A DNA stretch of 64,000 nt, from positions 90,982-154,981 of the forward strand of contig DF236960.1 in NCBI GenBank assembly GCA_000708835.1. The letters run 5' to 3'. The stretch comes from Klebsormidium nitens. Lineage: Eukaryota > Plantae > Klebsormidiophyceae. Shown here one piece after another: positions 48,950-59,330 of this stretch (within the stretch, counting starts at the first letter, position 1; each line of letters opens with the position of its first letter). The notes under the pieces are model-generated. The model ran no database searches. It was not told the origin of the DNA and saw only the letters and a program-made list of their open reading frames with translations. A program made the translations under genes and the position numbers.

Positions 48950-50100
48950 CAGAAGTCTGCGGCAAGGACGGCGCCTTGGCGAACCTCCTCGGCTCGTGGA
49001 GTGAATTTCGAAGATCTTGTGCGGACGCCGTACTGACTTGTCAGTAGGGAGCTAGGCTGCAGATTTATGGTTCATCAACACCATCTTAGCAATCAAAGGC
49101 AAAACACGGCTTGAAAACCACGGTTTTCCAAAGGAAGGTTCCAACTGGGACGTCTTTTGACAACTTCGGGTGCTCCTCGACGGTGCTAATGACCCCGCCC
49201 TCAGCTTGCTGGCCTGTTGAGACGCTTGTGAAATTTTTCAGGTAAGTGACCATCTTGGATACTCATATATCAGCAAGCCGTCTATCGTTCTTCCAGGAGC
49301 GGAAGTTGTCTTCCTTGACTCTGGACTGTCTCAAGCATGCACACTTGAAAGTACTCTGGCTCGTATTCGCTGAGGCTGAGCTGCTTTTCGAGTCGGTCGA
49401 GAGCGCCTCCGTTGTGCATCATTTGCACGGTCGACATTTGGCAGCGTATAAGTAATTATAGAACCTTCAAAGTTTTGCCAGTTTGCATCAAGCAACAGAA
49501 GAGCGACTGTTGGTAGGGCATCCAAGTGGTGCGTTTTTAAATGCTTTCCTCGGGTCCGCCTGACTATTTTCCAGACGCAGAGACTCTTTCATGGCTCGAG
49601 TGACCCTTTTGGGCCCAAGAGATCATCTGGTTTCACCTGAACCTTCACGTCACTTCTCAAAGACGCGATCGAACTACGCTTCGCTGTCATTTTGCTCACG
49701 TGCGGGCCAGGACGCTATACTGCCATCGCTGAGCTTTCCGGGCCAGCGAAAACGGGGAAAGAGCATCGGAAGCCATCAACACTGCCCAGTCTTGACTGTG
49801 CTTACCCAATCGAACCTGTTGGCCTGTTACTATTGATCAAATCCTTTACCGACTTGAGCATTCCAAGCTTCTTTGTACAACTGTACTTCCACTCTGTTCG
49901 GCTGCGTTTCGTCTCTTTGAGTTGCCACGTGGCACATCCCGATTGGTGCCAACTCACGAAGTCGAGATCCTTTCCTTTGAGAATCTTCAGGTCCCGTTCA
50001 AACGTTTGGAAACCCGTGTTTCAAAGCCGAAGCCAAATGTCAGGTTTCCAAAACGGGCTTCTGAGCCCGCTCGCATCGTAGTACTCCTAATTCGATGCAC
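48950..50100. repeat. Third, partial copy of the 38.4-43.6 kb repeat block
   Basis: Contains the gcggcaaggacggcgcc anchor (48959), gggccaggacgctatac (about 49705) and gttgccacgtggca (about 49921), all shared with 40-43 kb. Confidence 0.7.
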
Positions 50101-51392
50101 TCAGGGGATCAGGATTTTGAGCACGCATTAAGTGTGTTATCTGGAGCAACCGGTAGCAAATTAGCGCATGATGAGTCATAGAAAGGGTCCCTTGGTATTC
50201 AAGCTAGCTTCCTTGAATGCGACTCGGAGCCTGGTCGCGAATCCGGATGGGCTCTCCCAATGCATACCTCATGCCCCCCAGTGGGCCATGTGAGAAGCTC
50301 CGATATACCCCTATGCAATTGATTCGTCTCCAAAACCTTCGCGCAATAGCACTAATCCAAAAGCTGGGAGACGGTCTCGCGCGGCGATGAAAGAAGCGCG
50401 GGCGGTGAGGATCATATAGCTTGTTTTTGGCGGATCGACGCATGGTGACCGCCACTGAGGCCTCATTTGTCACATACCCGATGCTCGAACCCTCAAACCG
50501 TTCAACAGTAATTTTGACGGTCTCAGTACGTGGACCGTCGACTTTCGTCCTTATGATAGTTAACCGAGTTGCAGTGCGGTTTTCGGCCTCTGCGATGCTG
50601 GGCGGGGCATGATCATTGCTTGGGCACCGTCCTGTCAGTCTCGGCATGACTATATATGAAGTAATGCGCGGCCTTGTGCAAGACTCGGTATCTCTTTTGG
50701 CGGGCGCCGGCCAGCCGTTTGAGTGTTTCGTCAACCATCGAATGCATGTAACTGAGCTCATGTGGATATCCGCGCCTCGAAATCTGCTTGTCCTATTCCT
50801 TGACCGTCCAGCCTGCTAGTGTTGGGCGTCCGAGTGGTTTGTAAGACCAAGCTAATCCAATCGTTGGGCATACTTGCAGCCAGGCCGGGCGAGCATCATG
50901 TACGTATACGGTCTTTCGTAATAGGAAAATCAAGCCGCCTGACAATTTTCTGAGGCCAGCATGCCATGATGCTTCTCCCTGAGGTTCCTTTTTGAAACGC
51001 CACACCGATCGTCCGGACCAAACCGCTTTAAGTGCCACGTACGCCTTATTCGCGTGGAACCCCAAACCTTAGCAAGGTAAGTGACCTTAATCAGGGCTGA
51101 TCTTGACTGACCAACTGAAGCCTGGTTGTCAGATCGAGGGCTCAGCTTGAATATCCTCACGGAGACCTGGTGCTATTCTGAGAGACGAACGAGATAGGGG
51201 CACTTATAATCATTGCGCCTGTTTCACACTCAGTGACAACATCCGACATTGACTCCTATGTGGGCTCTAAGTTTGATCTCCTCATTATTGTCCTCCCTCC
51301 TTTCCTAACCCTTCTTCTGAATCCACAATGGAAGTCATGATCACTCTCGGTACGTTCCCCTGCCAAGCTCCAACACTTTACTTGATGGGACG

Positions 51393-51520
51393 TCACAGAT
51401 ACTCTAGCTGCTGTTTCCAACGAAGCTCCAACGAAGCGGCCTCCAAGAACTCTCCAAACTGCGCCCACTACACTGACGTAAAGACCGTTAGGCCCAGTAT
51501 CACTAGTTCGGGCGCTGTGT
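51393..51520 (-). repeat. Echo of the 3' end of the TraB last exon including the stop codon
   Basis: WAQFGEFLEAASLELRWKQQLEYL* (stop 51393-51395) versus the real WAQFGEYLEAASMELRRKPSLDYL* (stop 51524-51526). Confidence 0.85.
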
Positions 51521-51523
51521 AAG

Positions 51524-54500
51524 TCAAAGATAATCTAGAGACGGTTTCCTACGGAGCTCCATCGAAGCGGCCTCCAAGTACTCCCCGAACTGCGCCCACT
51601 TGGCGGTAAAAGCTGCCAGACCCAAGGTTAGCAGTCCGTGCGCTGTAAACCCGCCGGTTATCAGCTCTGCAGTGGTGACCGGCCAGTTGAACCAGGCAAA
51701 GGCACCGGCTCCAGCCGCCGCGGCGAATAGGAACCCGCGAAGCATATCCGGGTCAAATAGACCCGGAACTTCTGAATCTTCCCACGCAATCTGCAATTGA
51801 AAAGAGCGGTTGGGTGTCAGGCTTTTTGACCTAAGTTGTCTTAGGTGAGGTTCTTCGACGTTCGAATCTCTGCGTGGATCGTATCGCAAGGAGCTTCGTT
51901 GAAAAATGATTAAGGGAAAAAAAGTGATCGGGAGTCTGGCTGCTAATTCTGATTGACTAAGGTGAGGTTCTCTGACGTTCATATTCTGCACGACCTGCCG
52001 CAAGGTGCGTCTTCAACAGATTTTGAAGCGGGAAGGGTGAGTCGTCACCCTGGCAGAGCACTCTTGGGGCAGACAGCGAGAAAAACTCTTGCTTCTTTTT
52101 GCCCCTACGTCTTCTGAAGTGTGAAACGGTGATTAAGCAGGCGTAAGTCGTCAACTGCTTTGAATCACGTTCATCTACCTAAGATTCAGCAAACTTGTCC
52201 ACTGGCTGTCTGGAAGACGTACACCTAGATTTGGTCACTTGGGTCGGCAAACGGGACTTGAATTCGTTTTGCAAGGGATCCCTCCTGGCATCTAAATCAA
52301 ACCAGTCCGAAGCAGACGCAAAGCCCAGATCCGTGCAAAGCGGAAGTTCCTCCATGTTCAGCTTGATTCCAGAAACCGAAGATTTGTGTGGCAGATCCCG
52401 ATAACTCACAACCGCTGTGGAACTTTGATGCAGCTTTATATATCAAAAGCCAGTTTTCTGAGTTCATCTTCCGCTCGCGTCGACCGGGTTTTCTCATAAG
52501 CTACATACTATTTTACTCCCCGGTGATCATTCCGAATGGAATTTCCTGAAAATAATTTCCAACAATCCGACCACAGCTGGTGAATTATTTATGGTGATTC
52601 CGAACAGAATCCGAACACCTTATGTTTACACTAGGAGAAGGGTTTTGAGGCTGATTTTAGCCGTTTCTCGGCTTTCAACTTCCGTTTAAATTTATTTAAC
52701 CTTTCCGAATTTGCACTTTCCGAATGCAAAACCCAAATTTCTGAGTTTCCGAACAGGTAATTGTTTATTTATTCGGAATCATCACCGGGGAGTACGGTAT
52801 TGTTTCGTTGAGAGCTCCCACCTGCCGGTCGACTTCGTGTACGATCAGTTCCCGTTCTTTCCGCTCCTTGTCCAGCCGCGTCTCGTTCTCAATATCAAGG
52901 TTTTCCCAAACCCCATCGAAAGGGTTACAGTGACCCGCGGTGTATTGCACGAACCGGGTAGTAATGCCCGGCACGTGCGCCGCCCCCACCACTGCGACGA
53001 CCTTCTTGCGCCGGCGTTTCGCCAGAGCCGCAAGCTTCTGCAAACGAGCGGATCAGAAATTCAGTAAACATCGTGTGAGTTAAGAGCCACAGAAGGTTTT
53101 GGCCCCGACCCATGGATGTTTTTGGGCTGCTTATGGACTGGTTATGGGCTGGTTAACGAGCGGATCAGAAATTTAGTAAACATTGTGTGAGTTAAGAGCC
53201 ACAGAAGGTTTTGGCTCCAACCCATGGATATTTTTGGGCTGATTATGGGCTGATTATGGGCTGGTTAACGGTGATTTAGTGTCCAATTACCAGACTTGGG
53301 CGGTAACCAGCCCTGGAACAAGGTTAAGCCCGGGTATCTGTCCAATAACCTGGGACTCAAGTCTGCTAACCAGCCTGGTTAGCAACCAAAACTTCTTGTG
53401 AGCTGTGTGACTAAGATAGGGCTCGGGGGAGGCTGGGGTTAGCCCCTTGGTTTGGGTGGGTTAGGGTGCGGAGCGCCTAATGAATTGAACTAGGACCATT
53501 AGCTACTTTGCTTGAAACCCTTGAATTTCCAGTTTCAAAGCTCTTATGGCACACACTAAGTACCAGCATTTGAGAAAAACCAGGCTTCGTCTGTAACAAT
53601 GACGTGCGGAGTTTCTCCTCACTTTCGGGTCCGCTCACCACCGCTTTCGGACCCAGAAGCGAGCGGAGAGTGCTTTGAAGGTGGAATCGCAAATCGAACC
53701 CAATTCAAACAAATTCAGGACTCATTCTTTAGCTCATTCATAGTAGGAGGCAATCAGGTGATCGGACAGTTATTTGTCGAGAGCCGCCAAAGCCCTTGCA
53801 GAAATACAATGCTTTTTGTCCGGCCCCTTAACCTCGCAACCAAGATGTTGTTTTCGACGGAGTATTCGATAGTTCCCACAAAGGCGGGGAGCAAGGTATG
53901 TCGTCGATTTCCCTAGAATTTGCACCTAATGAATTGCAGAGTGGCCTTGGTTAAGGTGCCCCGAATTTGAGTTTAGTGAGGAGCGACTCACGAGCCCCAT
54001 GAGGCGGTCCCGCTCGTGGAGGAGAGCAGAGTAGACATTCGGGCCTTCCGTCTCGTCAAACGCCGGGCATAGCTCGCCTTTGACACATTCAAGCCGGGTC
54101 GCTTCCAAGGCCTTGTTCTTCAGGGATTGGAAGACCGCGACATCGTCCAAAGGGGCCGGCTTGCCTGCGGACACCGGAAAAATAAACTATTAACTAACTT
54201 TGAGTTGTGGTTGGTTAAGTGCCCTTCTACCAAGCGAACCTAGGTTTATATCCAGTTCGTTGCCCTTCAACCATTCTTGATTAAGGGCGAAAGCTTCCTG
54301 TGCTAGAGTTGAGGGAAACTCAAGTGAGTCAAGTCTAGGTTGGAAACTTCAAGCGGGGCGTAAAGGGCCTCAACATCCGTCAAGCATATAGCTTCCAGAT
54401 GCGGTTCGTTGGATTGCGATTGTTTGAGTGAAAGACCAGCACCAGCTGCCTCTACGAAGACCTCGTAATCCTTTCAGAGGTGAAATCTGAAATTGAGGCT

Positions 54501-57500
54501 TTCCTCAGTTCAACGGAAACCGAAACCGCTCCGACTGATTCGACAATTATTGGACTCAAAGAGCTGGCCCATCAGGCGACGTCGATCGTTGCGCGGGGGC
54601 GCGCGCCCGGCAACTCCCAGGGTTACATCTTGTCCACTCTCTGTGTGCCCATGAACATATGACCAGCTTCCAACCAGCCCTTAACCGACCATGGGTAAGG
54701 CCCAAAACCCCGTGTTCAAGCCCTCAAGCCTTTGATCGCTTACCGCTCAGGAATGCCGCTACGATCCGTCCGAATGCTGCCGCCTCCCTTTGCGCGTCCC
54801 CATCGGACTTTTCAAACGGGTTCTTGATCAGTAGTTGTAGCATGAGGGCCGTCGATTGCGGGATCTGAGCAGACGCACAAACAGGGTTAAGAATAAACCT
54901 CGACCTCAGTGTTGGATCGAAACCGGGTTGGAGGTACACAAATGGGAATCGGGAGAAAGCACTAACTAAACTAACTCTAGATACAAACTAACGCGCTCCG
55001 CACCTGTAACCACCTAAACCCCCAAACTAACCCCACTCGTCCGCCGGGTCTGAACTATCTCAACCTGTCCGAAATCGATACTACGTTCAGACGTGCGGTG
55101 TGAAGAATGTCATGCACCGGGCAATTGACGCTTTGAAGGAAATCTAAACAGCCCAGTGATAGTAAGGAACGTGAAGGTACGTGCATGTGATCCTCTTCCG
55201 TAAATCGGCTTCTAGTTCTGGCTGCCACGTGGAAGACTCTGAACCGTGGAGATACTAGAGCCACCGGAAGCACTGAAAACTTCTGATCTTGAACATCTTC
55301 GGACACGACTGTCCTTTGACCAGCTTTTCTATGGTAGATCTTAAACCAAGATTGAAAAACCTTGGTTTAAGATGACCCTGCAAAGTTGTTTTCGGTGCGG
55401 AGCTACGAACACCGACATACCACAAAGCAATGAACAGTCACAGTAACGCTTCGATCACAAAGCGCCATCCCGTACTGCCTTTAGGGACATATGAACCACA
55501 TAAAGACTGTTTAGTGGCCAGACAAAAAATCAGTACTCACTCTTACGATACCACTGAGCGTGGTTTTTGCTCGTTCGTGGATTCGGGCATGATCGAGTTC
55601 TTCCAAAAGGGAAGTAATTGTAGCGATGCTCCTGCGCTCAACAAAGAAGTAACATTTCTTTCGATCCTGCGGGCGTCATACTTATGGAGTTTTGAAAGGT
55701 GCTCCGGCATGGTTTTTCTTTTGGTGCATCCAGACAATTGGTGCGAGCGGTTAGTAAACCGAGTTTAAAATGCAGGTTCTTCTACTCTCTGCTTGAACCA
55801 GAATCAAGAATGTTTCCTTTCATTGACGTGTCGTGCAACTCCATTTCCCGACTCGCTCAGACAATGTTTCCAAGAAAAGGCTCAGAGTGAATACGAGGCG
55901 CCACATTGGATCCCAAGAAGACGGATAGTGGAAGTCGAGCTCTAACCAACTCCGAGTTCCGTAAGTTTCTGATCTGCTTTTGCATCTTGCCCAGTATCTT
56001 AATACCCTCCGGTTTTCAGCAGATCGTGAACCGTCAACGGGCTTCAATTTGGCAAAGGAGGCACCACTCCAATCCGGAGATGCGCTTCTTTGAAATCAGC
56101 GAGCGCTAAAACAGGAAGCCCCTGAAGCCTACGCCCTTAAGACTTCGGATCGTTGAAACCCGGCCCAAATTGATTGCACTTACTGGTCGATAGGCTCAAT
56201 GCGGGCGCCAATTTGCCTGGCTGCTTCAATGGCAGAACGGGCATCGCAGCCGTATGGAATCCCCAACGCCTGCAGTTGAAAGCAGTAAAAGGCTGAGTAT
56301 AAATGAGGTTCCCGCGTTGGTTCAATTTGTCACTCCGGATCTCACAAGAGGTGGACAGAGAATGTAGCAGGGCTGTTTGTAACCCGTACACACGAATGTT
56401 TGGCCCTTAACCAAGGATGCTTATGAGCTGGTCAGGAAGTGGTTGAGCGTCCAAGCGAACTTGCGCGGTAACCTGCCTCGAAACAAGGTTAACCGCCGGT
56501 TACTCGTCGAAAAACCTGAGATCCTGGTTCCAACTTTCTACGCTTCCCTTTCTAACCAAGGCCGGCAGGCTGCTTGCAAAGAGCTGTTGCTGGACTCTGT
56601 CTGGGTGACGCGCACCTTAAATTGTTGTGCCTTGATACACCTTGTGCGGAAAGATGTATCAATAACAATCCCCGAGAGTTATTGTATGAGCAGGCCGCTG
56701 GGTTTGCTGGGATCTTGGGCGTCCCTGGCATTGGATAACCATGCCCTCCATGCGCGTGAAGTTGACCCGGCACATTCTTGACCTTACAAATCTTATGAAG
56801 CTATAAGCCCTGGTTGAATCCTGTGAGTCGCCTAGGGAGTGGTTGACAAGTAGCACAGGAGGTTTTGGCCCCTACTGATGCGTGACTATGGGCTGGTTAT
56901 GAGCTGGTTAATAGTAGTTGACTGTCCAATGGCCAGACTTGAGCGGTAGTAAGTAGCCCTGGAACAAGCTTAAACCCTGGTTATCTATCTAATAACCTGA
57001 GACTCAAGTCTGCTAACCAGCCTGGTTAGCTACCGAAACTGCCTGTGCAGGTTTAAGTTAACCCACCTGAGACTCAATGTGGGGTTGATATGCAGACCAG
57101 AGCTTCTCAAAGTGCCCCGCGTACGACCTCTGTACAACGCTCAACGCCTGCATTGGGAGAATCAGAGTTAATGTCTGCACGATTGTGTAGCGACGTACTG
57201 AGACCGCTCGCCCAACATTTAGTATGGCCGTCAAGAAAGGATAGATATGCGAAGGCACGGAGTTCTTGGAGGAGTCAAAATCAGGCATCTTAGAGACAAG
57301 TGCAAGAAGCTTCGTGCTTCTGTCATCTTTGACAGGGGTCTCAATGGCAACTGGTCTAACCATATTGCTCCTTACTCTACTGATGTGCCGGAATTGTGAG
57401 ATACTTACCTCCCAGGTTGTGTGTAATGAAACTTCCCCTGCTGCTGCCATCAGATCGCACTCCATGAGCTTGAGTCCCTCCGGGTCCAGCTGTCAAAAGT

Positions 57501-59215
57501 CATGGAGAAGGTGTGTCAGCGGTTGTGAAGATAGTACCAGTGCTAACTACAGGCTTCCCTCCAAGTTGATCAGACTTGAAGGTGTTGACTATTTCATAGA
57601 TTTCCCCCAAGATGGCTAAGAAGGACATTGTAATGATCCCCCTTCAGCAAAGATTATAAGCAAATCTTGACCAGCAACGAACCTGAAGTCTGTTTGTAAA
57701 TGAAAAAAGGGCCAGGCTGTGTTCTTGCAGTCAGATCTACGGAAGTGCGAAATAATGGCAGTAGACGTGACTGCAACAGCTCCAATACCCCGAGCCTCGT
57801 AAGACCTTCAATTTGTTTCACGCCGCTTCACGCATCTGATTGTCCGGTTGGTTTAGAAGCACTAAACTGGTTCATGGAACACACGAAGAATCAAGAATGC
57901 TAACCAGGCTGGGTAACCACGTTTCAACCTCCATCATTGGGCAACAACCATGTTCAAAATCTGAATATTGCTCGAGTCTGGTCGCTCATTGGACATATGA
58001 ACAGCTTCTGACCAGCCCATAAGCCAACATAGTTAACCGCCAGAACTTACCTCCACAGCTACAACGTCCGGCTTGACCGCTTCAATAAGCAGCCGGACGT
58101 CCTCCATGCTAGCTTTGGACACGTGGGCTGTGCCAATCAAGTACACCAAACTTCCTTTGTGAGGACTCTTGAGGACCCGAACAAAGCGCTTGGTCTCTTC
58201 CGGCAGTGGCAGCTCCTCAAGGTGACGTGGGCTCTCGAAAAGGCTGCCACGTGTCTGGTCGAAAAACTCTTGCCAGCTGTCGAATGAGGCATGCTCCCAA
58301 TCAGCTGTAGAATGTGGACCTGCGCCCATGTCGAAAGCGAGGCTCGGAGACTCTGCAAAGCGGTCCAGGCGTTTTGGAAGCTTCTGAAGGAAGCCTTCTG
58401 ACCCTATTCTGGTAGCTGGGCTGTAGGACAAATCAAGTGCGGTTCCGGAACGGCATTGGAAGCGCCCTTTCCCTTTTCTAATAGTACCAACCCGCCACTC
58501 ATGCTCAGAAAAGAAAGTCTGCCCAGCATTGTGAATCAGCTGGGGACTCCGTCTCAGCCCGTCAATATGGGGGCCCAGGCAGTTTTGAACACCCCTTTTT
58601 ACCGGTAGTTTTCTTGACAAGCTGCCCAGCTGCTGCGCTGTTGGAATGCCTGGAGAGACACTCGCAAGCTTGCCATCACAGCCGCCCGTCTTTGGCCTTG
58701 CATTTGCGCGCACGCGCCCCCTCCTCAAAGCCCCCATGTGACCCATCGAACGCCACACAATGTTGCTGACAGGCCTAATGAGAGTATGGCGTTTGCCTTG
58801 TGTTTATACTCCGAGCTGGGTTGATGTTCTTATGCCTGCAAGCGCATCCAGGAAAAGCGCTTCTAAGAGCTCAATTTGAAGAGGGTCATCATGGAGAGCA
58901 GGCCTAGCTTGTGATTGATGCATATGGCAGCCAGGCCAGGCTGCCATCTAAGTATTAGGAGCCATCTGCCAGCTCAGAGCTGGGTTTCTGACCGTCCTCT
59001 CTAGAAGTTCTAGCGCAGAGGAGATCTGGATTCTCGACCCTGTACACTTTCAAGACTTCGTTGCATGGGCATTGAAGTCGGTAGTACTGCCTATCCAAGT
59101 TACCGGGTCATTGGGTTTCTGTTTGTGCGGCGACTGTTTTGGCATCTTTGTACCGTAGGAGTTTCGCCGCTAAAGGGTTCGAAAACGCACGGGAGTTGCC
59201 GGGGCCGGCATGCAT
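51524..59215 (-). CDS. TraB-domain (TraB/PrgY/GumN family) protein with long N-terminal extension and hydrophobic C-terminus (about 633 aa)
   Basis: Exons: 59154-59215 (tentative first exon, weak donor), 58051-58774, 57409-57489, 57067-57147, 56184-56269, 55541(or 55547)-55631, 54744-54864, 53992-54164, 52822-53037, 51524-51790. Phases concordant (1902 nt). TraB motifs: VYLIGTAHVSKASMEDVRLLIEAVKPDVVAVELDPE; AIEAARQIGARIEPIDQ; LLHERDRLMG; KVVAVVGAAHVPGI. If the tentative first exon is wrong, the start is ATG 58746. Confidence 0.85.
52516..52792. mobile_element. Stowaway-like (Tc1/mariner non-autonomous) MITE, 277 bp
   Basis: 22-bp terminal inverted repeats CTCCCCGGTGAT(C/G)ATTCCGAAT with 1 mismatch, flanked by TA on both sides (52514-52515, 52793-52794). 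AT-rich non-coding interior. CTCCC termini with a TA TSD are the established Stowaway signature. Confidence 0.8.
53043..53270. repeat. 112-bp near-perfect tandem duplication next to a TraB acceptor
   Basis: aacgagcggatcagaaatt(c/t)agtaaacat(c/t)gtgtgagttaagagccacagaaggttttggc starts at both 53043 and 53155. Confidence 0.85.
53200..53400 (+). mobile_element. ~195-bp MITE-like repeat family, copy 2 (TraB intron), preceded by a duplicated 5' fragment at 53088-53154
   Basis: TIRs cacagaaggttttgg...ccaaaacttcttgtg. Internal perfect hairpin gctaaccag-c-ctggttagc. Confidence 0.72.
54661..54714 (-). mobile_element. Inverted 5'-end fragment of the same MITE-like family
   Basis: The reverse complement cacggggttttgggccttacccatgg...aagggctggtt matches the left end of the family. 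Confidence 0.45.
56389..56510 (+). mobile_element. Degenerate 5' part of the same MITE-like family
   Basis: cacacgaatgttttggccc...gcttatgagctggt...gcggtaacc...aaacaaggttaa matches the first half of the family. Confidence 0.5.
56854..57047 (+). mobile_element. ~195-bp MITE-like repeat family, copy 3 (TraB intron)
   Basis: TIRs cacaggaggttttgg...ccgaaactgcctgtg, with the same body and hairpin as copies 1 and 2. Confidence 0.72.
57880..58048 (-). mobile_element. Degenerate inverted copy of the same MITE-like family abutting a TraB donor site
   Basis: The reverse complement contains gcttatgggctggt, tgtccaatg and ccagcctggttagc in family order. Confidence 0.55.
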
Positions 59216-59330
59216 TGATCCTGCAAACCAGAGTCGGCCGGCCCGGCGGGACCGGAGCCTGTCAGATTGCCGCCGTCAGCTGTCAGATTGTCAGACACGT
59301 TACCGGCCGATCGACGTCGATCTACGGTAC
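59190..59330 (-). promoter_or_regulatory. CpG/GC-rich island at the 5' end of the TraB gene
   Basis: GC-rich stretch overlapping and upstream of the tentative ATG at 59215, followed upstream by AT-rich DNA. Positional inference only. Confidence 0.3.

Noticed and set aside
50204-50761. 185-aa minus-strand ORF as a gene
   Set aside because: Non-ATG start, no recognisable motif and no supporting splice structure.
52179-52409. Minus-strand ORF as an additional TraB exon
   Set aside because: It ends in a stop before the apparent donor, and the flanking exons 52822-53037 and 51524-51790 already join in phase.
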